From the IMG/VR virus record IMGVR_UViG_3300035661_000030, positions 24,799-88,798 of that record: DNA of 64,000 nucleotides. One strand, 5' to 3'. How positions within the stretch are numbered: position 1 is the stretch's first letter; each line of letters opens with the position of its first letter. Position numbers and translations under genes: made by a program. The DNA is from a virus. Lineage: Duplodnaviria; Caudoviricetes. Under the pieces are notes generated by a model. That model worked only from the letters and a program-made list of their open reading frames with translations. It did not search any database and was not told the DNA's origin. Shown piece after piece: positions 25,829-35,826 of the stretch.

Positions 25829-28800
25829 ATGAATTCTGAACGTGATATTACCAGGAAAACTAGTCAAGGAATCATTGACGCAATTCATAATAACATTAAA
25901 GACATATTTCCTTTATCTGTAGGCAATAAAACTTTAGAAGTTAAAAATGTAGAAGTTAGTGGATGGGACAATGCCGATCCCAAAAACTATTATGCAATAG
26001 CTGATGCTAAAGCTAAAGACAAAACATATGGCGTTCATCTTTATGGTGATGTAGAACTAAAAGAAAATGGAATTCTCTTAGATAAAAAGAGAATGAAACT
26101 AGCTACTGCTCCGGTAATGGCTGGTGATGGAACATTTATTGTAGGTGGATCGCAATACCAAATTGATCATCAATTAAGATTACGCCCTGGTATTTATTCT
26201 CGCGTAAAGCAAAATGGTGAAATTGAAGCGCATATCAATCCTGATGGATTTAAAAATCTTCGTTTAGCCGTTGATCCTGCTACTAAAAAATTAACAATAA
26301 ATGTAAATCAGGCTAATATTAACGCTATTCCTGTACTTCGTATTCTTGGCATTAAAGACGACTTAATTAAGAAAACTTTTGGACCTGATGTATATGATGC
26401 GAATATTAAGGCGATTGGGAAAAGGGGTGATGATGAAATTAAGCGTTTCTTTAAATCAGTTCATCCATATGACGAGATTCCAGAAACTTATGAAGCTATT
26501 GCAGAACGTTTAGCTACGTCGTTAAAAGAAGCTAAACTTGATCCAAAGGTGACTCAAATTACTTTAGGACAAGAATTTAAACATGTAAACGGTCAAGCTC
26601 TTTTACGTGGTTTTGAAAAAGTTATTAATGTTTCTCGTGGCATCGAACAGCCTGATGATCGTGACGCTTTAGCATTTAAAACTATTCATTCTGTCGAAGA
26701 TTTTGTAAACGAAAGAATTAAAAAGAATCGTAAACAAATTCAGTTTTCAATTGAAAACAGAATGCGAAAAAATGATAAACTTGATCAGATTATGAATGCT
26801 GGTCATATTAATCAACATATTTTTTCATTCTTTAATTCTGCTGCTCTCTCAGAAATTCCTTCACAAATTAATCCTCTTGCAGTAATTAACAGTTCATTCA
26901 AAACTACAATTACTGGTGAAGGTGGTATTGAAAATGCAGAATCAATTATGCCTGAATCACAGGCATTGCATCCTTCTCATTTAGGATATCTTGATCCTAT
27001 CAATACGCCCGAATCAAAGAAGATTGGCGTAACTTTAAATTTAGCTATTGGTACTTCTAAAAAAGGTAATGAACTTTATACTAAATTAAAAAATATTCAT
27101 AGTGGTAAAGAAGAAGATGTTTCTACTATTGATGCTTATCATAAAGTTATAGCATTGCCGGGTCAAAAAATGACGGGTCAGGTAACTGCTATTAAAAATG
27201 GTAAGCAGGTAGAGGTTGACGCTAAGGAAGTTACTCATGAACTTCCTAATGCTTATTCAGCTTTTACTATGGCCTCACAAGCTTTACCTGCAATGAATCA
27301 TAACCAGGGTAACAGAGCAGGCATGGCTTCTCGTCATATTAATCAAGCTATTTCTTTAAAGTATCGTGAAGCCCCATTAGTTCAGGTTAAATCACCTATT
27401 GCTAATGGAATGAGTACAGAAGAATTCTTTGGCAAGAATTTCCAAATTGCCATTCATGCTAAAGAAGATGGCGAAATAAGTAAAATTACTAAATCACATA
27501 TTGAAATGACCAATGGAACTAAGTATCCTATTTTTGATCATTTTGACTTACAGAATAAATCTTATCTTCATCATGAATTAGAAAATCTCAAACCAGGCAT
27601 GAAGTTTAAGAAGGGTGAATTAATTGCTGATTCTAATTTCAGTAAAAATGGAGTTCTGTCTTTAGGTACAAATCTTCGTACAGCTTATATGCCGTGGAAA
27701 GGCTTAAATTTTGAAGATGGTATTGTAATATCTGAAACCGCTGCCAAAAAATTAACTTCTAATCACCTGTTTCAAGATCATATTGAAAAAGATGATGATT
27801 CAATTATTGTTAATAAACGTAAATTTGTTACAATGTATCCTACGCTTTATACTAAAGAGCAATTAGATAAAATTGATGATAATGGTTTAGCTAAAGTTGG
27901 AGTTAAACTTAACCCTGGCGATCCTTATGCGTTAGTTTTGAACAAGACTCAGGGTACTCCTGAAGATTTAATGCTTAATAGATTACATAAATCTCTTGTT
28001 CAACCATATAAAGATGCTTCTAAAACATGGGATCAGTTAACACCTGGAAATGTAACTAAGGCTATAGAAAACGCAAAGAATGTAAAGATTCATGCTAAGT
28101 ATGAAGCTCCTGCGATTATTGGAGATAAACTTGCTTTACGTCATGGTAATAAAGGCGTTATTACCGCAATCATACCAGATGCAGAAATGCCTTCAACGAA
28201 AGCTGGAAGATCTACTGAAGTAATACTTAGTCCTTTAAGTGTTATTACTCGTATGAGTCTTGGTCAGATGCTTGAAAATTCTGCAAGCAAAATTGCGGAG
28301 AAAACAGGTAAACCTTATATTATTGAAAATTTCGCAAAAGAGAGTCAGTTAGATAAAATTAAAAAGGATCTTCAAAAACATGGTTTATCTGATACAGAAG
28401 AATTATTTGATCAAAACGGAAAATCATTTGGTCATGTAATGGTTGGTCAACCATTAGTAGAGAAACTTTTCAAAACCGCTAAAGCTAACGTTTCGGCTAG
28501 GGACGCTGGCGCATATGATATAGATAATAAGCCAATTAAGGGTGGGGATGATGGTTCTAAAGCTATTGACCAATTGACTCTTTATGGATTATTATCACAC
28601 GGTGCAAGAGGTATTGTGAATGAAGTTTCTACCATCAAAGGTGATGGTAATGCTCAATTCTGGCAAAATCTTCAAAATGGTTTACCAACTCCCAAACCAC
28701 AAATTCCTTTTGTCTATAAGAAGTTTGAAGCAATGCTTCATGCTTCTGGTATCAATATTCGTAATGATGGATCAAAGAAAATTTTATTACCTTTGACCGA

Positions 28801-31800
28801 TTCTCAGACTCTTGAAATGGCCGGGAATAATGAAATTACCTCTTTTGGAATGTTAGATCATAATTTTGAACCTATTAAGAATGGATTATTTGATCCACAA
28901 ACAACTGGTGGATCTAATGGTAATAAATGGGCTAAAATTACTTTAGCTCATCCAATTGTAAATCCATTATATGAAACACCAGTAAAAACATTATTGGATC
29001 TTAAAGATTCAGAATTCAAATCTATTTTAAAAGAAGAAGGCGGTCATGAAAAGATTAAAAACCTCTTGGCTAATATCAACGTTCATGAGCAGATTGATGC
29101 TCTTATATCTGATATCAAAACCGCACCAAAGACAAAGAAAGATAAGCTCCTTAAGAAGCTTAAAATTCTCAAGTCCCTCGATTCGCTTAATCTCAATCCC
29201 AATGACGCTTATATTACTTCCGTTGTACCTGTTGTACCACCTATATTTAGACCTATCTTTGAGATTCCGGGTGGGCATGTTCAGACCCATAGTTTAAATA
29301 ATCTTTATCGTGACCTTGGTACTATTAATAATGCGATAAAGGATTTAGGTGCAACGCCTGAATTATCTGAAGCTTTATATAATTCATTAGGTGCTATTCA
29401 AGGTGTTAATAATCCAATAACTAAAGCAAATGAAATTAAAGGGGTCAAAGGTGCTATTCAGATATTAACTGGATCTGGTTCACCTAAATATGGTTTCTTC
29501 CAAAACAAAGTTTTACGTAAACAACAAGATCTTTCTGGTAGAGCAACAGCTGTACTTAACAATAATTTAAATATGGATCAAATTGCTATACCTGAAAAGA
29601 TTGCTAAAGTAATCTACAAACCATTTGCTATTAAAGAATTGATCAAAAATGGCTATACGCATAAAGAAGCTACTGAGCATATTGATGAATTTAGTGATAT
29701 TGGCAAAAAGGCTATTCAAGCCGCAATGTCTGATCGTCCAGTATTAATGAATCGCGCTCCATCATTGCATAAGTTTTCAATTATGGCATTTCAGCCTACT
29801 TTAACAAAAGGTTTATCAATTGAAACTCCCGGTCTTATCACTAAACCCTATTCGCTTGACTATGACGGAGATACGCTGGTGCTTCATGTGCCGGCTACAG
29901 AGAAAGCTAGGAAAGAAGCATTTGATATGCTTCCAAGCAAAAATTTATACAATCCTAGAACGCGTTCACTTAATTATATGCCGGATCAAGAAGCCATTCT
30001 TGGGCTTCATTTGCTTAGTAGTTCTAAAGAAGGTTTATCTAAGATAAATGCATTACTTCCAAATGACATTCCTTCATTAGCTGCAAATGCTACAAAGAAA
30101 ACCATAGAAACATTATTATCTAATTTAGCTGAAAAGCATCCTGATAAATATAATCTTATAACAACTAGACTTAAAGAACTTGGCGATAATTATGCTACTT
30201 CAAAAGGATTTTCATTATCTTTAAATGATCTTAAAAATAATCTTACACAGGTTCAAAGAGAATATAGACCTGCAATAACTATGTTAAAATCTAAATCATT
30301 AAAAGATAACTATAAACTTGACGCTTTATTAAAAGCTGATAAAGTAATTAAAGCTAATTCATTAGATGATAAAACTAATAACTTTGTTATTATGGCATCT
30401 TCTGGCGCTAGAGGCTCGTCTGAACAGGTTAAACAAATGCTATTTGCCCCTGGCGTTATGAGCGACCATAATGGTGATCCTTTGATGCGTCCTGTTTTAA
30501 ATAATTATTCTCAAGGTATGCCTTTTGATGATTATTGGACAACTCTTTACTCTGCTCGTAAAGCCGCTTTAGACAAACAGTTAATGACGGCAAAGCCAGG
30601 TGCTTTAAATAAAGAAGTAGTAAATACAACAATGAATATTCTTATAACAGAAAATGATTGTGGAACAAAACATGGTATTCCAATGAATACTTCTGACAAT
30701 AATTTAATTGGTCGTTATATGACTAATGGCACTCTTATTTCTAAGAGTAATATTGACTCAATTCGTAAACATCATACTACTGTTGACGTTCGTTCTCCCG
30801 CTACTTGTGAATCATCTCATGGTATTTGCCAGAAATGTTATGGTCTTGATGAATATGGTAAGCTTCCTGATATTGGACATAATGTAGGAATTAAATCTGC
30901 TCAAGCCGCAACAGAACCTTTAACTCAAGCTGCCATGAAAACATTTCATATGGGAGGAACTGTATCGGGTGGTGGCGGTGTTTTTGGTGGTTTTGAGCAT
31001 GTGAACAATTTCTTAGTTGCTCCAGAAACCTTTAAAAATAAAGCTACATTATCAACTCTTTCAGGTAAAGTAACCAAAATCACCCCTGGATCTGCTGGTG
31101 GTTTCCATGTAGAAATTGATGGAATACCGCATTTTGTAAATCCTAAAGCTGGTGATTTAAAGGTCAAGAAAGGCGATAGTGTTAAGAAAGGTGATCTTCT
31201 TAATTATGGTATCCCTCATCCTAAAGATGCAATGCATCTTTTAGGTGAAATTGGCGGCATTCATAAGATTACTGAAACACTTCATGATATTTATACTAAT
31301 TCAGGTATTGCTATTGATCGTCGTAATCTTGAAACTATTGTTCGTGGCATGACAGGATTTGGTATTGTTAAAGATGAAGGAACGCATAAGCATTTTGTAG
31401 AAGGCGATACAGTTCCTTTAAGTCAGATTTATGAATTTAATCAACATGCTGATAAAGTTCATACAATGCCATTACATGATGCTTATGGAATGATTCTTGA
31501 TAAAAATATAGGATCATTCCAAGCCGGTAGTCGTGTAGATAAAAATATGATACAATCTTTATCTAGACATTATAAAGAGGTTGACGTTAAACAATCTCCT
31601 ATTAAATATGAACGTACTGTATTAGGTGTTCAGCAGGCTCCATTAAAGACTAGAGACTGGATGAGTCAATTAGGTTTCCGTTATCTAAAACGTGGATTAC
31701 AAGAAGGTGCTACTTATGGATATCATTCAGATATTCATGGAACTGCTCCAATTCCATCTTTTGTTACAGGTCAATTAGGTGATCCTTCTGAATCTGGTAA

Positions 31801-31807
31801 TTATTAA
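25829..31807 (+). CDS. rpoBC: Fused beta-beta' multisubunit RNA polymerase (1992 aa)
   Basis: Beta motifs HPSHLG..DPINTPES..IG, GDKL..RHGNKGV; beta' motifs DLSGRA, NRAPSLH, DYDGD, SGARGS, AQAATEPLTQ..MKTFH, C-terminal Zn Cys cluster. Confidence 0.95.
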   Translation: MNSERDITRKTSQGIIDAIHNNIKDIFPLSVGNKTLEVKNVEVSGWDNADPKNYYAIADAKAKDKTYGVHLYGDVELKENGILLDKKRMKLATAPVMAGDGTFIVGGSQYQIDHQLRLRPGIYSRVKQNGEIEAHINPDGFKNLRLAVDPATKKLTINVNQANINAIPVLRILGIKDDLIKKTFGPDVYDANIKAIGKRGDDEIKRFFKSVHPYDEIPETYEAIAERLATSLKEAKLDPKVTQITLGQEFKHVNGQALLRGFEKVINVSRGIEQPDDRDALAFKTIHSVEDFVNERIKKNRKQIQFSIENRMRKNDKLDQIMNAGHINQHIFSFFNSAALSEIPSQINPLAVINSSFKTTITGEGGIENAESIMPESQALHPSHLGYLDPINTPESKKIGVTLNLAIGTSKKGNELYTKLKNIHSGKEEDVSTIDAYHKVIALPGQKMTGQVTAIKNGKQVEVDAKEVTHELPNAYSAFTMASQALPAMNHNQGNRAGMASRHINQAISLKYREAPLVQVKSPIANGMSTEEFFGKNFQIAIHAKEDGEISKITKSHIEMTNGTKYPIFDHFDLQNKSYLHHELENLKPGMKFKKGELIADSNFSKNGVLSLGTNLRTAYMPWKGLNFEDGIVISETAAKKLTSNHLFQDHIEKDDDSIIVNKRKFVTMYPTLYTKEQLDKIDDNGLAKVGVKLNPGDPYALVLNKTQGTPEDLMLNRLHKSLVQPYKDASKTWDQLTPGNVTKAIENAKNVKIHAKYEAPAIIGDKLALRHGNKGVITAIIPDAEMPSTKAGRSTEVILSPLSVITRMSLGQMLENSASKIAEKTGKPYIIENFAKESQLDKIKKDLQKHGLSDTEELFDQNGKSFGHVMVGQPLVEKLFKTAKANVSARDAGAYDIDNKPIKGGDDGSKAIDQLTLYGLLSHGARGIVNEVSTIKGDGNAQFWQNLQNGLPTPKPQIPFVYKKFEAMLHASGINIRNDGSKKILLPLTDSQTLEMAGNNEITSFGMLDHNFEPIKNGLFDPQTTGGSNGNKWAKITLAHPIVNPLYETPVKTLLDLKDSEFKSILKEEGGHEKIKNLLANINVHEQIDALISDIKTAPKTKKDKLLKKLKILKSLDSLNLNPNDAYITSVVPVVPPIFRPIFEIPGGHVQTHSLNNLYRDLGTINNAIKDLGATPELSEALYNSLGAIQGVNNPITKANEIKGVKGAIQILTGSGSPKYGFFQNKVLRKQQDLSGRATAVLNNNLNMDQIAIPEKIAKVIYKPFAIKELIKNGYTHKEATEHIDEFSDIGKKAIQAAMSDRPVLMNRAPSLHKFSIMAFQPTLTKGLSIETPGLITKPYSLDYDGDTLVLHVPATEKARKEAFDMLPSKNLYNPRTRSLNYMPDQEAILGLHLLSSSKEGLSKINALLPNDIPSLAANATKKTIETLLSNLAEKHPDKYNLITTRLKELGDNYATSKGFSLSLNDLKNNLTQVQREYRPAITMLKSKSLKDNYKLDALLKADKVIKANSLDDKTNNFVIMASSGARGSSEQVKQMLFAPGVMSDHNGDPLMRPVLNNYSQGMPFDDYWTTLYSARKAALDKQLMTAKPGALNKEVVNTTMNILITENDCGTKHGIPMNTSDNNLIGRYMTNGTLISKSNIDSIRKHHTTVDVRSPATCESSHGICQKCYGLDEYGKLPDIGHNVGIKSAQAATEPLTQAAMKTFHMGGTVSGGGGVFGGFEHVNNFLVAPETFKNKATLSTLSGKVTKITPGSAGGFHVEIDGIPHFVNPKAGDLKVKKGDSVKKGDLLNYGIPHPKDAMHLLGEIGGIHKITETLHDIYTNSGIAIDRRNLETIVRGMTGFGIVKDEGTHKHFVEGDTVPLSQIYEFNQHADKVHTMPLHDAYGMILDKNIGSFQAGSRVDKNMIQSLSRHYKEVDVKQSPIKYERTVLGVQQAPLKTRDWMSQLGFRYLKRGLQEGATYGYHSDIHGTAPIPSFVTGQLGDPSESGNY

Positions 31808-31887
31808 AAAAACTTGTTTTTGATGAATATAGACTCTAAAATATTTTTGTGAGATAATGTGTCATGCGTGGTTCTTGTTTAATAGCT

Positions 31888-31920
31888 AAAGAAAAGCGCA
31901 TATTGCTATGCGCTTTTTCT
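31888..31920. terminator. Intrinsic terminator after the RNAP gene
   Basis: AAAGAAAAGCGCATA-TTGC-TATGCGCTTTTT. Confidence 0.75.
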
Positions 31921-32095
31921 TAATCAATCAAATAGTTTATTAATAATATATACTACTAACAAAGATCCTATCTTTTCCTCAATGTCTAATTTTTTGTTCA
32001 AGTTAAATTCTGTATAAAGTCCATAAATAAAACTTTTCCACACATAATTCTCTGCTTACCAATTTCTCTAAGACATATAATCGGAGTAGATCATA

Positions 32096-33841
32096 ATGTC
32101 CTTAAACGAATTATTCGTCTTAAATACATCCGTTCGCTTATCGGCAGATATGAATAGCTGGGGTGATCAGATCATCAACCAACTAATTAAGTCATATCCT
32201 TCGCTTTCTAAATTGGTGGGAGAGGTTATCTTCGCCAAGACTGATACTGTAAAGGGTAATGCCGTAGGCTATATTACTCTTATACAGAAAGTACAGAGAA
32301 TACCTTTCATTGTAGACGAATATGAGTTAAACCCATTAGACGTTTATATTGATAATGGAAAGTATCTTCCTCTGTCAGAAAGAACCGCAGACGTTATTAA
32401 TTCACGTATATGGCCTTTCCGTCTTATATCCCAAGCAGAAAGAACGGCGCTTCTTAAGACAGCTTCGTTATTCGAGAATAATGGCATTTTAAAACAAGCC
32501 TTTATTGATAAAAATAAGGAAACTTTAGAAAAAATAGCTTCTGAATATCCAGAAGTTTTTGAACCTTTTATTAATCGTACTGTTCCAGTAAATAATCCTG
32601 AATTTACAGTACGTTGTTTTATTAAAGAAGCGGCAGATTCAAAACCAATTGTAGTTCGTGATCTTATCACTAATGATAAAGAATATAAAATTTCAGAATT
32701 TGCCGATAAATATGGTAAAGATTTTGTTCAAGAACTTATGAGTAAAGGTGAGACAATTGTTTCGAATATGCCTCCTAAAGTAAGATTGGCTATTGATTCA
32801 ATGGAGATTAAGGGATCGTTTAAACCTTCTTCAACAAGAGAAGGTTATTATTGGCATAATGATACGCCTATTCCTGCTCGTAAGTTTGATCATTATCGTA
32901 TGTCAGATCTTAAGCGATCAACTATTGCTCCCTCAGTTATTATAACAAATTCTGGTCACTATTTTGAACATGGTCAACTTACTAATAAGTGGGGAAGTGA
33001 AGTTCCTGCTCTTCACTTTGAGAAAACTCCACAAAAAGGTGAATATTCAGTAGCTATTATTGGAGATAATGTTTACGGACCATTTTTCATTAATAGTATT
33101 TCTCAGATTGGTAACGATAAAATTTTTAATGTTACTATTGATGATCTGAAAACAATTACAATTAGAACTAGTCAGGACATTAAATCTTTAGTTCAGTTAG
33201 ATGAAAATAATTATCTCTTAGCTGGTCAAGCTAAAATTATTAAAATTATCCCTCCACATTGGGCTGACAATAATCCTGACTCTTTTTTGAAAACTGCAAA
33301 CTTAAAAGTTACAATATCTAGACAAACTAATGGTAATTTACTCATTAATGATTCTGGTTTATCTGGTATTGATGCTTCTAAGCTTAAAGACTTAAAAAAA
33401 GGTGATGCTATTATTGTTTTGATGCATTGTGGCTTATCACAAAATGATGCTAAATATGCTATTATGCGTTCATTAGATGCTGGCACATATTCTTTTGATG
33501 CTCCTGAAAAAACTAAAGTAGTAGATACTAAAGATGCTTCTCTTCAAAAGAAAGCAGAAGAAATTGTCAAATTATGCAATGAGAATGAAATTCTTAAAGT
33601 TGCTTCAATCAGTGGCGATAAGTCCAACATTGACCTAGCCCTGGGATTAAATTTAATCAACTACAGTAACATCAAGCGTTTCAAGCTGATAGTTCCAGAA
33701 ATTTATACTATGTTAGATAAATTATGCAAATTATTAATCATTAAGCGCATGAATCGTTCTTTGTTTAATTTAGATGAGATTCAACTTTCGCAAGCAATTC
33801 GAGCTTTAGATGAGATCTCCTTTTCTCTTAATTCATTGTGA
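32096..33841 (+). CDS. Putative head/virion protein with six K-x-A motifs
   Basis: LLKTA, LEKIA, FIKEA, FLKTA, QKKA, ILKVA; GGAG SD. Confidence 0.5.
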   Translation: MSLNELFVLNTSVRLSADMNSWGDQIINQLIKSYPSLSKLVGEVIFAKTDTVKGNAVGYITLIQKVQRIPFIVDEYELNPLDVYIDNGKYLPLSERTADVINSRIWPFRLISQAERTALLKTASLFENNGILKQAFIDKNKETLEKIASEYPEVFEPFINRTVPVNNPEFTVRCFIKEAADSKPIVVRDLITNDKEYKISEFADKYGKDFVQELMSKGETIVSNMPPKVRLAIDSMEIKGSFKPSSTREGYYWHNDTPIPARKFDHYRMSDLKRSTIAPSVIITNSGHYFEHGQLTNKWGSEVPALHFEKTPQKGEYSVAIIGDNVYGPFFINSISQIGNDKIFNVTIDDLKTITIRTSQDIKSLVQLDENNYLLAGQAKIIKIIPPHWADNNPDSFLKTANLKVTISRQTNGNLLINDSGLSGIDASKLKDLKKGDAIIVLMHCGLSQNDAKYAIMRSLDAGTYSFDAPEKTKVVDTKDASLQKKAEEIVKLCNENEILKVASISGDKSNIDLALGLNLINYSNIKRFKLIVPEIYTMLDKLCKLLIIKRMNRSLFNLDEIQLSQAIRALDEISFSLNSL

Positions 33842-34662
33842 TAAAATACCCATTTCATAAACTGCTTCTCTATTTATTGGCGATATCCAAATTCGATAGG
33901 GTAGAGTTTGCAAGTTTACTGGAATTATATTTACCTTATATTAGTTTTGAATTTGAAGATCCGTTCGATTATGCAGAAAAGTATATCAAAGCAACTCCAA
34001 TTCCTGCTTGTGTTTATGCCGGTGTAGATGATATACATGGCTGGCGAATTTATTTAGGCAAATTTAAATTAGAAGATCTTCATGCTGCTTTCAATCAAGA
34101 GCAGTTTGAAGATATTATATATGATACAGATATTAAACGCAAAATAGACGCAATGTCATTATCTTCAGTTTTTCGAAAATCTGATATTGTTAAAGAATTC
34201 TCTAGATTTGATCCACAATATATTGGAATTTATCTTGATACATTTGCCGATTTTACAAAGGTGCCAAATAAAAATTCTTACGTAGCCAAATATATTGCTG
34301 ATAAATCTATGCAAAGGTTATTTAAGGCAACGTTAGATACAACTTCTAGATCAAAATTAAAAGTAATGCTAGGAATGTCATCGGATATTGATCCTAAAGC
34401 ATTAATAAATAGAGCAATTGAGATTACTAGACAGCAACTTGAAGAAGCTTATGAAAATAATCAGGATAATCTTCAAAGCTGGATAAAAATGCAAGTTTCA
34501 TTTTCAGAGAAACTTCTTAAAATGAATGCAGGCAATAAGACAGATCTTGATGATCTTCTGCAAGAACTTAAAGCAGCACCTAAGTTTGAAGATCCGACGA
34601 TCTATACTAAAGATCAATTAGAAATCATGTATCAGGAATCATTAAATAAACCATCTGAATAA
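33838..34662 (+). CDS. Hypothetical protein
   Basis: 274-aa ORF overlapping the previous stop. Confidence 0.6.
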   Translation: MIKYPFHKLLLYLLAISKFDRVEFASLLELYLPYISFEFEDPFDYAEKYIKATPIPACVYAGVDDIHGWRIYLGKFKLEDLHAAFNQEQFEDIIYDTDIKRKIDAMSLSSVFRKSDIVKEFSRFDPQYIGIYLDTFADFTKVPNKNSYVAKYIADKSMQRLFKATLDTTSRSKLKVMLGMSSDIDPKALINRAIEITRQQLEEAYENNQDNLQSWIKMQVSFSEKLLKMNAGNKTDLDDLLQELKAAPKFEDPTIYTKDQLEIMYQESLNKPSE

Positions 34663-34665
34663 CAC

Positions 34666-34694
34666 TTGACAATATGTGTTACAGATGGTATACT
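34666..34694 (+). promoter_or_regulatory. Consensus sigma70 promoter for the RNR
   Basis: TTGACA-17-TATACT with a TGn extension. Confidence 0.8.
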
Positions 34695-34762
34695 TATATT
34701 TCTTCGCCCTGCTGAATCTTGTTTATCAGTGGGGCAAAAATGTCTTTATTCCAAAATAAATT

Positions 34763-35815
34763 TTGGAGGTTTACGTGTCTGAGTTTTTCGTTAGAGAATT
34801 AGATCCTGATATGGGAACTGCGGTTGCGAATCGCACCTATCTCAGACGCTATGAAAAATGGTCAGATCTTGCTAAAAGAGTAGCTTTGGGAAATTCATTA
34901 TTACATCCTAGTGGAAAAGAAGATCGTGAAGCTTTAGAAAAATATATTTGTAATGCATCATTTTTAGCTGCGGGTAGGCATCTTCAACATGGTGATGAAA
35001 ACCAGCCCAATAAGAATATTGAAATTCACACTAATTGTTCTACCGCTTGCACTTCATTTCTTGAGTTTCTTTTATTACTTAATGGTTCTGGTGTAGGCCG
35101 GAATTATAGCGATGAATTCATGACAGTCGATTGGCAAAATATGCCACATTTGTATTGTGTATTAAGTTCTGAACATGATGATTATCAGAAACAATTTCAT
35201 CCTGAATATACTCCTAAATTAAAAGTTATATCAAAAGAAGATTATACTTCTTATCCTACTAATCCTGACTTATATCATGTAGTCGAGGATAGTCGAGAAG
35301 GCTGGGCTAAAGCATTAGAAATTCTTGAAGTTGCCGCTTTTGAAAAGAAAGGGCATGATCATTATGTTTTTGATTTTAGTTTGATTCGTAAATATGGAAC
35401 ACCTATTAAGGGTATGCAGAATAGACCCGCATCAGGTCCATTACCTTTAATTTACGCATTTCAGCAAGCAGCTAAAGTTAAATATATTGAAGGCATGATG
35501 CCGTGGATGCAGACAATGATTATTGATCATTTTATGGCTGAATGCGTTGTAAATGGTGGTGCTAGAAGATCTGCTCGTATTGCTGTTAAATATTGGAAAG
35601 ATAAAGAAATCTCAAAGTTTGTAACAATTAAAAGAGACAATCCTGAATTATGGTCAAGTAATAATTCAGTTGGTGTAGATGCTGAATTTTGGGAACAGGT
35701 TAATATAAAAGGTAGTTTAGCTGAATCGTTGTTTAATGAAATTACTAAGAGTTCATTTCAGGATATGACTGGTGAACCGGGTCTTATTAATCTTGACAAA
35801 TTAATCATCAAATAA
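34763..35815 (+). CDS. nrdJ: Class II (B12-dependent) ribonucleotide reductase, N-terminal part
   Basis: AVANRTYLR, AGRHLQHG, TNC, LLNGSGVG, VVEDSREGW, RPASGP, GGARRSA, GEPGLIN motifs. Confidence 0.9.
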   Translation: MEVYVSEFFVRELDPDMGTAVANRTYLRRYEKWSDLAKRVALGNSLLHPSGKEDREALEKYICNASFLAAGRHLQHGDENQPNKNIEIHTNCSTACTSFLEFLLLLNGSGVGRNYSDEFMTVDWQNMPHLYCVLSSEHDDYQKQFHPEYTPKLKVISKEDYTSYPTNPDLYHVVEDSREGWAKALEILEVAAFEKKGHDHYVFDFSLIRKYGTPIKGMQNRPASGPLPLIYAFQQAAKVKYIEGMMPWMQTMIIDHFMAECVVNGGARRSARIAVKYWKDKEISKFVTIKRDNPELWSSNNSVGVDAEFWEQVNIKGSLAESLFNEITKSSFQDMTGEPGLINLDKLIIK

Positions 35816-35826
35816 ACGAGGGAACG

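Noticed and set aside
31814-31842. Promoter TTGTTT-17-TAAAAT driving a short RNA after the RNAP gene
   Set aside because: Weak -35 in very AT-rich DNA, and the downstream hairpin is adequately explained as the RNAP terminator.
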